64,000 nucleotides of DNA from a candidate division FCPU426 bacterium (GTDB lineage Bacteria; Oederibacteriota; Muellerivitia; Muellerivitales; Muellerivitaceae): assembly GCA_963738405.1 (NCBI GenBank), contig CAVTWJ010000023.1, positions 224,001-288,000 of the forward strand. The letters are read 5' to 3'. A program made the position numbers and the translations under genes. This document shows, one piece after another, positions 34,454 through 43,840 of this stretch. How positions within the stretch are numbered: the stretch's first letter is position 1; every line of letters starts with the position of its first letter. The notes under the pieces are model-generated. The model made no database searches, was not told the DNA's origin, and worked only from the letters and a program-made list of their open reading frames with translations.

Positions 34454-35002
34454 TTATCGGGTTGTCATAAGGGCCAGCGATTCGACTGAACGCTGGATTT
34501 CAGAAAGATCGAATGGTTTCAAAACGACCGTCAAAGGCCCTAATTTCATGGCTTCTACCAACATTTCGCTGTCGGGATAGGCCGTGACGATGACGACCAA
34601 GGATCTCAAATTCAGTTTTTTGATTTCCTTGAAAACCTCGACGCCGTTCATACCCGGCATCTTTAGATCCAGAAAGATAAAATCATAAAAGGTTTTGGAT
34701 ACGGCATCCAAACCCTCGGCTCCAGTATGAACCGCTTCGACACTATACTTGCGTTTATCGAGCGCCTTTGAAAAAAGATTACAAATAGATTCCTCATCAT
34801 CAACCACTAATATTTTTTTCTGAACGGAAGCAGATCCCTTTTCCAGCCATTTATCGATTAACTCTTTTTTGAAACGCCATTCACTCGCGACCTTAAACGA
34901 AGGCAAATCTCCTTGCTGGGCGAGTTTATAGATGGTTGTTGTAGTTATTTTTAAATAGGTCGACAGCTCTTGGGCTGTCATAATTTCGTCGTTTTGGATC
35001 AT
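34454..35002 (-). CDS. Excisionase-like HTH (HTH_17) fused to response-regulator receiver domain
   Basis: N-term MTAQELSTYLK..TIYKL..LPSFKV..WRF; REC with VDDE, DLKMP, TAY, KPF. Confidence 0.88.
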   Translation of the reverse strand: MIQNDEIMTAQELSTYLKITTTTIYKLAQQGDLPSFKVASEWRFKKELIDKWLEKGSASVQKKILVVDDEESICNLFSKALDKRKYSVEAVHTGAEGLDAVSKTFYDFIFLDLKMPGMNGVEVFKEIKKLNLRSLVVIVTAYPDSEMLVEAMKLGPLTVVLKPFDLSEIQRSVESLALMTTR

Positions 35003-35229
35003 ATCAACCAGATATTCCTTCGTGGTTTAGTCAAATCTTTATTGAATGCAATTATTATATCGTATATTTATTTTTACGGCTCCATGTCTTTAACTCAAGT
35101 GAAGTGCTTCGGAATATGGTCGACGACAAATTTCTCAAAAAAGCAAAGGGATTTTAATAACTTGATGTTTATCAAGTACCATTTTTAAAACGGGTTGAAT
35201 TTCCGCCATCTTGATCGCACATCACGGGG

Positions 35230-35541
35230 TCAAGACTGTTTTTGGATAGTTTCGACATAGGAACGTTCAATTTCTATTTTTGTATTTTCAGCAATCTTCA
35301 AGATAATTATCTGTTCTTTAATATCCGCGACAATACCATAAACACCCCCGCGGGTTAATACCCGGTCGCCCCTTTGGATGGAATTTAGTAATTCTTCGCG
35401 CTTTTTCCGTTCCTTAGTTTGGGGAACGATCATAATGAAATAAAACAGCCCTACGATTAAGATCATCGGCAAAAATGAGATGATTCCGGCTAAGGGGGAT
35501 GCCCCAGCGGCGGTTGCGGTTTGAGCAAAAGCTGTGTCCAT
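35230..35541 (-). CDS. yajC: Preprotein translocase subunit YajC
   Basis: FYFIMIVPQ, GDRVLTRGGVYG. Confidence 0.92.
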   Translation of the reverse strand: MDTAFAQTATAAGASPLAGIISFLPMILIVGLFYFIMIVPQTKERKKREELLNSIQRGDRVLTRGGVYGIVADIKEQIIILKIAENTKIEIERSYVETIQKQS

Positions 35542-35640
35542 TTTTTCTCCTAAGAATGACCTGTTATTTTCAGTACATTCAGAAAGTTTTCAGCGAATCT
35601 CTTTAAAAACGCCTACAAATCAAAACCGGATTTAAGACCC

Positions 35641-36459
35641 TTATTTTTCGTCAAGTACTCCATAACGAATGGCTTTGATTTTACCTTCTTTATCAATCAA
35701 TATTTCAATCTTGTCCGAGAAGCTCAAGCCCCTTCCGTGCGCGTAATGAATCACTTTTAGGCCATCCCTATCCTCTTGGCCGTCGTAATTGTAATAAATA
35801 TTCTGAAATGCGTTTCGCACATCTCCCACGGAAGAATCAAAGGTAACCCCATCGGGAGTCATGATCTTAAGATCACCGTCTTTTTGAGGCGGATCAAATT
35901 CTAGGATTCCTCTGTCCCTATCCTCATAACGCAACAGAGAGAAGTTCTTGATGTGGTACAAATTACGGGCAACGCCTGAGGGTTTCCGCCCATCCACCTT
36001 TTTGGTTAAAGGCCATTTCTGGTCTTCGGCTAGGCTGTAAAGATCATGAAGGTTGTATCGAACGTCCTTGTACCATCCCTCGGCGTTGACGAGATCCAAA
36101 ACCAGTAAATCAGCGGCATCTTTATTTTTCTCAGCCAAGTCTTGGGCTTTTTTCGAAGCATCCTTCAAGAAAAAGTCTTCTTGCTTCTCCTTGCTCGCGC
36201 CATCTCCCTGATCCCCGGATAACCTTGCAGGCTCGGGTGTGGAGGATGATTCCAACTTCATTTTTTCCATTTCCAGTTTCAATTTGTCGTTTTCGAGTTG
36301 AAGCCTCTCAACTTCCAGCTGCTTTTTTTCCATTTCCAAGTCGGAAGCCGTTGCTTGCGGCGCGGGGCTTGGAGGCATAGTGTTTTGCGCTTTAATTTTC
36401 GGCGCCAAAAACAAGGACATCACTGCCGCAAGCACAAACATTTTTTCGTTCAATTTCAT
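35641..36459 (-). CDS. Hypothetical secreted protein with N-terminal coiled coil
   Basis: ATG 36459 with AGGAG RBS; signal-peptide-like N-term ending IKA; heptad-rich LEMEKKQLEVERLQLE. Confidence 0.75.
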   Translation of the reverse strand: MKLNEKMFVLAAVMSLFLAPKIKAQNTMPPSPAPQATASDLEMEKKQLEVERLQLENDKLKLEMEKMKLESSSTPEPARLSGDQGDGASKEKQEDFFLKDASKKAQDLAEKNKDAADLLVLDLVNAEGWYKDVRYNLHDLYSLAEDQKWPLTKKVDGRKPSGVARNLYHIKNFSLLRYEDRDRGILEFDPPQKDGDLKIMTPDGVTFDSSVGDVRNAFQNIYYNYDGQEDRDGLKVIHYAHGRGLSFSDKIEILIDKEGKIKAIRYGVLDEK

Positions 36460-36520
36460 CTTGTATCTCCTGGTTATTTTAAACTTTCGGGGCATCTCAT
36501 TTGAGGTTGTCACTTCGCGC

Positions 36521-36558
36521 AAAAACAAAAAACCCCGCCCCACTTCTGCGGGACGGGC
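36521..36558 (-). terminator. Intrinsic terminator after OMP paralog 3
   Basis: CCCGUCCCGC-AGAA-GUGGGGCGGG + UUUUUUGUUUUU. Confidence 0.8.
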
Positions 36559-36573
36559 GGCATTATGCGTTTC

Positions 36574-37809
36574 TTAGAATCGATACCTCAGATTCATTTC
36601 AGTAATGGTCAATAAGTTGCCGTTGCCAAACAGTAAGCCGTTACCCGGCGCGGCGTTGTTGATGGACTGCTCCAACGAACTAGCCGCCGCCTCGCCATCC
36701 CAAACCCAATTTTCCACGTTGACGGCATAGCCAACGGAAAACTGATACCCCGTTTGATAATTATTTTGTGTGTAGGTTGGGGCGGCATTCGAGGAATAAT
36801 CCCTGGAAGTCATAATCCCCTCCAAACCGGCACGAAGGGTAAGCCAGTCCGCTACTTCATGTTCTATCGCGCCGTTCCAAAGAAGAACCCATCCATCCTC
36901 GTTATAGCTATTCTTTACGGAAGCTCCGACATATTCCCCTACCAAACCGGTCGCGATCAATCCTTTCCCTTCGCTAACCTTTTGATCCCAAGAGCCTCCC
37001 ACAAGCAACGTGGTATCGCTGAAATTATAGCCATTTAAGTCCGTTAAGTTATCCTGGTTCATGCTGGTATCGGCGAAAACTTTAAAATAGTTGGTGTCAT
37101 TGACGTCCAACCGTCCCAAGCCGCCCAATTTAACGCTATTGGTTCCATTGTCGTGATTTTTTGCCGCCAAACCAATCTGAGTAGTGAAATTCGTTCCATA
37201 ATCCGCATGGAGATCCAGCTGGCTGAAGGGGCCAACCGTGCCAAGCCCTAACCCCAACGACAAAAAGTACTGTTCCACTTCCCAATTCCCAACGGCTTGA
37301 ATTCCGTTATCCCCATAATTGAAATGGATGCCGAAATCAGCTCCGCCGACACTTTGGGCCCAGAATAGGTCGATCGTATTATTAATGACCGGCTGTCCCA
37401 GGTAGTGATCATTTCCAGGATTACTGTATAAACCTTCAATTGGGTCGTTTGCGTTTTGAAAATAATTCGTGACGTAATAGGCAGGTGTACGAACCAAGTA
37501 AGGACGATTCACATAGACCCCAACCACCCCTCCCAAGGCGCTTTCTTCAGCTATGACCCCCCCCCACTCATTTACCCCATTTCCAAAACCGCTGGTATTA
37601 CCAAAGCCAATACTTCCGACATTGTTTAAACGAAAATCGGCCGTGTTTTTGTATTGCATAATTTGGTTGGGATAAAGCCATATTAGATCAATGTCATCCA
37701 CTTGCCGAACATCCAGAGAAAGCGAATCCAATCTGGAACTGGCTTGGGATTGAATCGTGATGCCAAAAGCGATAAATAAAACTGAAAGAAGCAAAAGACT
37801 TTTTTTCAC
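36574..37809 (-). CDS. Putative outer-membrane beta-barrel protein, paralog 3
   Basis: GTG start after GGAGG, signal peptide, alternating beta pattern, C-terminal NLRYRF; homologous to two upstream genes. Confidence 0.82.
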   Translation of the reverse strand: MKKSLLLLSVLFIAFGITIQSQASSRLDSLSLDVRQVDDIDLIWLYPNQIMQYKNTADFRLNNVGSIGFGNTSGFGNGVNEWGGVIAEESALGGVVGVYVNRPYLVRTPAYYVTNYFQNANDPIEGLYSNPGNDHYLGQPVINNTIDLFWAQSVGGADFGIHFNYGDNGIQAVGNWEVEQYFLSLGLGLGTVGPFSQLDLHADYGTNFTTQIGLAAKNHDNGTNSVKLGGLGRLDVNDTNYFKVFADTSMNQDNLTDLNGYNFSDTTLLVGGSWDQKVSEGKGLIATGLVGEYVGASVKNSYNEDGWVLLWNGAIEHEVADWLTLRAGLEGIMTSRDYSSNAAPTYTQNNYQTGYQFSVGYAVNVENWVWDGEAAASSLEQSINNAAPGNGLLFGNGNLLTITEMNLRYRF

Positions 37810-37907
37810 GCTGCCCTCCAAAAGCATCTTAAAAAATTGGCGATTATCGCTGAAATCGGCATCATTCAAACAGAATGCCTTAGTTAAAATCAACCTTTGC
37901 CTTTTAT

Positions 37908-37948
37908 AAAAAAAGCCCTGTTCCGCCATATGGGGAGCAGGGCTTTTT
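37908..37948 (-). terminator. Intrinsic terminator after OMP paralog 2
   Basis: AGCCCTGTTCC..GGAGCAGGGCT stem with A/T runs. Confidence 0.8.
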
Positions 37949-37959
37949 CCGAATACTCA

Positions 37960-39270
37960 TTAGAACTTATAGCGAAGATCAGCCTCAGTCACATAAACAA
38001 TGGGGTTGCCGGTGAAGAACAAACCATTCCCAGGCGCAACATTGTTGATACTGCGTTCGAGTTCCGAAACGTCGATCACGCCATCTAATGTAAAGTTTTG
38101 CCAGTTGATCCCAAAGCCACCCGTAAAATTCACGGAGTTGTTGGTATTTGTAAGGTAAGTCGGCGAATTAGTTCCGACATAGGATCTGCTGACGATGGGG
38201 GCTGAAATCCCGAACCGAGCTGTCAACCAGTCGGCCAATTCGGATTCAACAGAACCATTCCAAACCAAATCCCATTGCGCGGCGGTATCACTCGGAATGC
38301 CATCGTGAGGATCTTTAAGGGTTGCTTGTTGCCAGGCAAAATTAATTCCTGTCAACACCAACCCCTTCCCTCCGTTTACTTTATGATTGCAAGAGGTACC
38401 CAACACAAGGGTCGTATCGTTATTTTTATATTGCTCTAAGTCTGTAATGTCAAACTGGTCAATGGAAGCGTCCGCGAAAACCCTCATGTAGTTATCCGCA
38501 GACAGATCAGCTTGACCCAAAGCTCCCAGCTTGATGGAATAAATCCCATTGTCCTTGTTTTTATTAGTGTTATTGTTCAAATCAGTGATTGATTCAATAT
38601 CGTAATCGGCATGCAGGTTCAGTTCCTGAAACGGACCCACACCCGTGAAACCCAATCCGAGCGCCAAACCCGCGACCGCTTGCTCAGGAGGATTCGGGCT
38701 TCCGCCCACCCCATTGTCACCATAGTTGATGTGAACGCCCAAATCGGCTCCGCCCAGGCTTTGCGCCCAGAACAAATCAAAAATGTTTTGAACGTCATAA
38801 TAATAATTTGCGGTGTTATAGCTGTTGCTTCCAGGTCCGCCAAAGTAATAGCGAAGTGGATTAAGGGTTCCTTCATATCCGTTACTGATATTCCAAAAAT
38901 CTTGAATCGTATTGGCACTCGGTTGATACAAATAGCTGGGACGGTTTACATACACACCCACCACGCCGCCGAGAGAAGATTCTTCCGCAATCACCCCACC
39001 CCATTCACCCGTTCCTAAACCAAAAGCACCGTTGTTTGGATAACTATTGTTATAGTGTGCAGGGGTACCGTTATCTCCACCGGCGTTAAGACGAAAGTCT
39101 ACAGTATTTTTGTATTGAATAACCTTGTTCGGATAGAGCCAGATAAGGTCCAAATCTTCAACTTCCCGAATGTCGGTTCCCAAGGCATCCACCCGGGCAC
39201 TGGCATGGGATTTTGTTGTTAAACAAAACGCAGCTAAAACAGTTAGAACTAACAGTATTGTTTTTTTCAC
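37960..39270 (-). CDS. Putative outer-membrane beta-barrel protein, paralog 2
   Basis: GTG start (MKKTILL..SHA), ARVDALGTDIREVEDLDLIWLYPN, C-terminal DLRYKF. Confidence 0.85.
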   Translation of the reverse strand: MKKTILLVLTVLAAFCLTTKSHASARVDALGTDIREVEDLDLIWLYPNKVIQYKNTVDFRLNAGGDNGTPAHYNNSYPNNGAFGLGTGEWGGVIAEESSLGGVVGVYVNRPSYLYQPSANTIQDFWNISNGYEGTLNPLRYYFGGPGSNSYNTANYYYDVQNIFDLFWAQSLGGADLGVHINYGDNGVGGSPNPPEQAVAGLALGLGFTGVGPFQELNLHADYDIESITDLNNNTNKNKDNGIYSIKLGALGQADLSADNYMRVFADASIDQFDITDLEQYKNNDTTLVLGTSCNHKVNGGKGLVLTGINFAWQQATLKDPHDGIPSDTAAQWDLVWNGSVESELADWLTARFGISAPIVSRSYVGTNSPTYLTNTNNSVNFTGGFGINWQNFTLDGVIDVSELERSINNVAPGNGLFFTGNPIVYVTEADLRYKF

Positions 39271-39337
39271 GGTCACTCCCCTTTGCACTTGAACCTAGTC
39301 CCTTTTTTCAAAAAGGGCTGAACATTTAAATCAAAAG

Positions 39338-39373
39338 AAAAAAGCCCTGTTCCCCCAACTGGGAAACAGGGCC
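39338..39373 (-). terminator. Intrinsic terminator after OMP paralog 1
   Basis: GCCCTGTT..AACAGGGC stem + U-tract; homologous to the 37908 terminator. Confidence 0.8.
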
Positions 39374-39393
39374 TTTTCAAAGTCTACCTAAAA

Positions 39394-40680
39394 TTAGAAC
39401 TTGTAGCGAAGGTCAGCCTCGGTCACCGTCACGATGCTGCCACCGTTGTTGCTTCCCGCAAACAACAACCCGTTGCCAGGCTGAATGTTCGAGAGCGTGT
39501 TTTCCAACGAGGTCATGCTCACAACACCATCCAAGGTGAAGTTTTGGAAATTGACTCCAAAACCGCCGGTAAACGACACGTTGGCGTGGGTGTTGCTGAA
39601 GTAAGTGGGGTTGTTGGTGGAGTCATAGGCCCTGGCCACAATGGCCTTGGAAATTCCGAACCGACCAGTTAACCAGCTGGCCAATTCCGATTCCACTGAA
39701 CCGTTCCACATCAAATTCCAATTGGTCTCGTTTTCGATACCATTCGGAGTGGGGCTAGTATTGTAAGTTGTGGCAGTACCATTGATCCAATCAAAGGCCA
39801 AACCAGTCACCACCAAGCCTTTGCCGCCATTCACCTTGTGGCTGCAGGAAGTACCCAACACCAAAGTGGTATCGGAAGTTCCAAAGCTTTGAAGGTCTTT
39901 CAGGTCTTGCTGATCGATCGTCAAATCGGCGAAAGTCTTGACGAAGTTGTCGGTGGAGACATTGATCTGTCCCAAGGCACCCAACTTGATATCGCTGATT
40001 CCGTTATCTTTGTTCTTGGAAGTGTTGTTGTTCAGGTCCGTGATGGATTCCATGTCGTAGTCAGCATGAACATTCAACTCATCAAAGGGACCCACTCCGG
40101 TAAAGCCCAAGCCCAAGGCCAAGCCCACATTGGCAGCCTCAGGGGGAGTCGGGCTATTACCAACGCCGTTATCTCCGTAGTTCAAGTGAACGCCCAAATC
40201 GGCGCCACCAATTCCCTGACCCCAGAAGATGTCAACGATGTTGCGAACACGGTAAGCAGTAAAATCATAGGTGCCGCCAACCGGGTTAAAATAAGCGCGC
40301 AATGGATCGCGGAAGTCGTTCGAGCCGTATAGGTTGGTGTAACCCGCGGCATTGTTCAAATAAGACGGGCGATTGACATACACGCCAACCACACCACCCA
40401 GGGAAGTCTCATCAGCAATCACTCCACCCCATTCGCCAGTGCCGCCGCCGAAGCTTCCGTTATAGGAAGGTTGGCTGCCGCCCCACGGTCCTTGGTTCAG
40501 ACGGAAATCGACCGTATTCTTGTATTGCAAAACCTTGTTTGGATACAGCCAGATGAGGTCCAGATCCTCAACTTCCCGGATGTCGGTTCCCAAAGCATCA
40601 ACCCTGGCATCGGCATAAACCTTCACCGAAGCGCCTAGGGCCATCAGACCCATCAGAAGCATCAAAAGACCTTTCTTCAT
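39394..40680 (-). CDS. Putative major outer-membrane beta-barrel protein, paralog 1
   Basis: Signal peptide MKKGLLM..VYA; C-terminal DLRYKF; many C-ending codons; strong promoter upstream. Confidence 0.85.
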   Translation of the reverse strand: MKKGLLMLLMGLMALGASVKVYADARVDALGTDIREVEDLDLIWLYPNKVLQYKNTVDFRLNQGPWGGSQPSYNGSFGGGTGEWGGVIADETSLGGVVGVYVNRPSYLNNAAGYTNLYGSNDFRDPLRAYFNPVGGTYDFTAYRVRNIVDIFWGQGIGGADLGVHLNYGDNGVGNSPTPPEAANVGLALGLGFTGVGPFDELNVHADYDMESITDLNNNTSKNKDNGISDIKLGALGQINVSTDNFVKTFADLTIDQQDLKDLQSFGTSDTTLVLGTSCSHKVNGGKGLVVTGLAFDWINGTATTYNTSPTPNGIENETNWNLMWNGSVESELASWLTGRFGISKAIVARAYDSTNNPTYFSNTHANVSFTGGFGVNFQNFTLDGVVSMTSLENTLSNIQPGNGLLFAGSNNGGSIVTVTEADLRYKF

Positions 40681-40945
40681 TCTCTCTCTCCTTGAAACTT
40701 TAAATTAGGGTCACACTCCTCAGGGGCGAGTGTGTGTCCCTACCCAACCTGCCCAACCAGCCCCTTAGGGGCCTCCAACACTTAGATCGTCCAAGGTTAA
40801 GGCTTTAACCTTTTTCAATCTTCTGCTTTTTGAGGATGGTCCGGGTTTGACCCGTTCTCACCCAAAACACGGACCTCCTCAGGGAGAAGCCCGAAAACCA
40901 GCAAAAAAGGCATCGGCCAAACCTATGCCTATAGCAAACGGCAAA

Positions 40946-40974
40946 ACTATAAGTGCGTATTTAAAGCCTGTCAA
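40946..40974 (-). promoter_or_regulatory. Near-consensus sigma70 promoter for OMP array
   Basis: TTGACA-17 nt-TATAGT. Confidence 0.8.
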
Positions 40975-41082
40975 GAGTGAAAAGGGTGCCGAATTGACGA
41001 AATCCACCCCCTAATGGAGCCAAACTTACCTTACCAACTAAATATAGTGGTTAAAAAGACAAAAAACGCCAAAATAAGCCCT

Positions 41083-42933
41083 TTATTCAACTGTCACACT
41101 TTTGGCTAAATTTCGGGGTTGGTCGATCTCGCGATGCTTATTCTTTGCTATTTCGTAAGCTAATAATTGTAGGGGTAAAACCGAGATAAGAGGCGCAAAG
41201 TCCTCCCCCAATGAAGGGATTTCGATGACATGGTCGGCTTTTCTTGATGCTTCCTTATCACCCTTTTCAACCAGGGCGATCAATCGGCCCGACCGGGCCT
41301 TTACCTCTTCCATGTTATTAAGAATTTTCTCGTAAGAACCCGAGGATTTCAGGGCAATGGCCACCACTGGCATCTTAGGATCGATCAGAGCGATAGGCCC
41401 ATGTTTCATTTCTCCACCTGGATAGCCTTCAGCATGGATATATGAAATTTCCTTTAACTTCAAAGCTCCCTCTAAGGCGATTGGATACTCGATGCCGCGT
41501 CCAATGTAGAGGAAATTGAAGTAGGTAGAGTAAATCCTGGCAATCTTCTCAATGGCTTTACGTTGTTTCAAAACCACCCCCATAAGCCTGGGCACTTGGG
41601 AAAGCTTTTCGGACAATTGCAGCAAGGTTTTGGGCGAAAGGGTCTTGCGAACCTTGGCTAAATAGAGGGTTACAAGCCAAAGAGCTCCCAGTTGAGTGGT
41701 AAAGGCCTTAGTCGAAGCCACCCCAATTTCTGGTCCCGCGCGGGTTAACAGCACGCAGTCCGCCTCCCTGGTAGCGGAACTGCCCATGACGTTACATATG
41801 GTAACCACCTTGGCGCCCTTGGCTTTGGCCTCTCTCAAGGCAACCAAGGTATCCACCGTTTCCCCGCTTTGGGTAATCACAACTACCAAGCTGTCAGGTC
41901 CTAACACGGGATTGCGATAACGAAATTCAGAAGCGTTATCTACCTCCACCGGCACCCTCAAGTACTTTTCGAGCAAAAACTTGCCCACTAAACCGGCGTA
42001 GTAAGAGGTTCCCATGGCTAAAATAGTTATCTTTTTGAATTTCTTAAGAAAAGGCGATTCCCAAAACTTGCCTTCCAAGGCCACTTCCCCGGTTCCGGGG
42101 TTCAGGCGACTGGTGAAGGTGTCTACTAAGGCCCTGGGCTGTTCCATGATCTCCTTGAGCATGAAATGGGGGTAGCCCCCCTTTTCCGCCTGTTCGGAAG
42201 ACCATTCGATGTCCGAAGGCCTCTTCTCCACCCCTTCCCCATCTCCAACGCCTAGTATTTTTACTTCGTTGGAGGTGACTACCGCCATTTCGTTGTCATC
42301 CAGATAAATCACCTTGCGGGTATGGGCCAAAAGGGCGGGCACATCCGAAGCCAAAAAGTTCTCACCCTTGCCTAACCCAACAACCAGGGACCCTCCCCCA
42401 TAGCGGGCGCCGATCAAGCAATCAGGTTCGGCCTCATTGACCGCCACCACCGAATAGGGACCCTTGATCTTCTTAAGGGCGAAGCGGACAGCCTCCACCC
42501 AGGGTTTGTGATGCAGTTCTTCCTCAATCAAATGGGCCAAAACTTCCGAATCGGTCTGGGATTTGAACCGGTGACCCCTAGATTGGAGCTGTTTCTTCAA
42601 AAGTTGGTAGTTTTCGATGATTCCGTTATGAACCACCGCCACCCTTTGGGTGCAATCAGTATGGGGATGGGCGTTTTGGTCTGTAGGGTGGCCGTGAGTG
42701 GCCCAGCGAGTATGGCCAATACCTGCGGTGAGAGCGGAAGGGAGCTTGGCAGCCTTAACAGCCGCGAAAAGGTTGCCGATCTTGCCGGCTTTTTTAACGA
42801 TCTTCAGGCGGGTTTGAGGGGTCACCAAGGCCAAACCGGCGGAATCGTACCCCCGATATTCCAGCTTGGCCAACCCGTTTAAAAGAATAGGGGCGGCGGG
42901 CTTGGGGCCGGTATACCCAACGATTCCACACAT
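41083..42933 (-). CDS. glmS: Glutamine--fructose-6-phosphate transaminase
   Basis: MCGIVG start (ATG 42933), LEYRGYDSAG, GHTRWATHG, PRNLAKSVTVE. Confidence 0.98.
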   Translation of the reverse strand: MCGIVGYTGPKPAAPILLNGLAKLEYRGYDSAGLALVTPQTRLKIVKKAGKIGNLFAAVKAAKLPSALTAGIGHTRWATHGHPTDQNAHPHTDCTQRVAVVHNGIIENYQLLKKQLQSRGHRFKSQTDSEVLAHLIEEELHHKPWVEAVRFALKKIKGPYSVVAVNEAEPDCLIGARYGGGSLVVGLGKGENFLASDVPALLAHTRKVIYLDDNEMAVVTSNEVKILGVGDGEGVEKRPSDIEWSSEQAEKGGYPHFMLKEIMEQPRALVDTFTSRLNPGTGEVALEGKFWESPFLKKFKKITILAMGTSYYAGLVGKFLLEKYLRVPVEVDNASEFRYRNPVLGPDSLVVVITQSGETVDTLVALREAKAKGAKVVTICNVMGSSATREADCVLLTRAGPEIGVASTKAFTTQLGALWLVTLYLAKVRKTLSPKTLLQLSEKLSQVPRLMGVVLKQRKAIEKIARIYSTYFNFLYIGRGIEYPIALEGALKLKEISYIHAEGYPGGEMKHGPIALIDPKMPVVAIALKSSGSYEKILNNMEEVKARSGRLIALVEKGDKEASRKADHVIEIPSLGEDFAPLISVLPLQLLAYEIAKNKHREIDQPRNLAKSVTVE

Positions 42934-42997
42934 GTTTCTTGCCTTTATTGGGAGATTGAAGCGATTGCCGGGCATGGTAACACGCCCACTTGAGGCC

Positions 42998-43840
42998 TTA
43001 CAACGACACCTCGGCCTCCAAGGCCTTAGATAGTTCCATCAACTTTTCAATTCCAAGCTTCTCGCCCCTAATTTGGGGATCAAGCCCGGTTTTATTCAAG
43101 GCCGATAAAACTTGTTCTGGGGATTTCCCCAAGCTTTTGAGGGAATTGGTAATTACTTTCCGGCGGCTCTGAAAGATGGCCCGAACCACATTAAAAAAGG
43201 CTTTCTCCGAATCCTTTTCCAGCGGCAACTGAGGCTTCAAAACTAGCTCGACAAAAGCTGAATCCACCTTGGGGCGGGGCTTGAAACACCGGGCGGGCAC
43301 TTCCACCACCCTTTTGACCTGGGAATAGTATTGGGCGCAAAGGGTTAAGGCGCTGTAATCCTTGGTGCCGGGTTTGGCTTCCAACCGGTCAGCCACTTCT
43401 TTTTGAACCATCAGGTAGATACGGCGGACGATGGGCTGGTACTGGGTCAAAAGTTTGGTGATCAGGGGGGTTGTCAGGTAGTAGGGGATATTTCCTGCCA
43501 CGGTCAGCTTGGCAGGAGGGGGCGGGGCCAGGGGGGCCAGGTCGGTTTTTAAAATGTCACCCTTGATCAGCCTTAGATTAGGCGAAGACCCGAACTTCTT
43601 CTCAAGCATAGCGAAAAGCTTGTGGTCCACTTCCACCACCGTCAGAGGCTTTTCTTTCTTCAAAAGCCTTTCAGTGAGGGCGCCATAGCCTCCCCCAACC
43701 TCCAAAAGGATGTCCCCGGGAGGGCAGTTGATGGCCTTTTCAATCTTATCGAGAATGGAATGATCGGTCAGAAAGTTCTGGCCCGCAGACTTGCGGGGAC
43801 GGTAGGAGTATTCTTCAAACAGCTCCCGAATGGTCGTCAT
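42998..43840 (-). CDS. rsmA: 16S rRNA m6,2A dimethyltransferase
   Basis: GQNFL, GNIPYY, MVQKEVA, PKVDSA. Confidence 0.96.
   Translation of the reverse strand: MTTIRELFEEYSYRPRKSAGQNFLTDHSILDKIEKAINCPPGDILLEVGGGYGALTERLLKKEKPLTVVEVDHKLFAMLEKKFGSSPNLRLIKGDILKTDLAPLAPPPPAKLTVAGNIPYYLTTPLITKLLTQYQPIVRRIYLMVQKEVADRLEAKPGTKDYSALTLCAQYYSQVKRVVEVPARCFKPRPKVDSAFVELVLKPQLPLEKDSEKAFFNVVRAIFQSRRKVITNSLKSLGKSPEQVLSALNKTGLDPQIRGEKLGIEKLMELSKALEAEVSL

Noticed and set aside
37810..37929. Long N-terminal extensions in ORF-track calls (OMP3; also rpoC, rplC, folD, glmS, ftsX, ftsE)
   Set aside because: They run through terminators or upstream genes; downstream starts have RBS, signal peptide or homology support
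42934..42997. glmS ribozyme upstream of glmS
   Set aside because: Spacer is only 64 nt and lacks the AGCGCC..GACGAGG core; only a small hairpin is present
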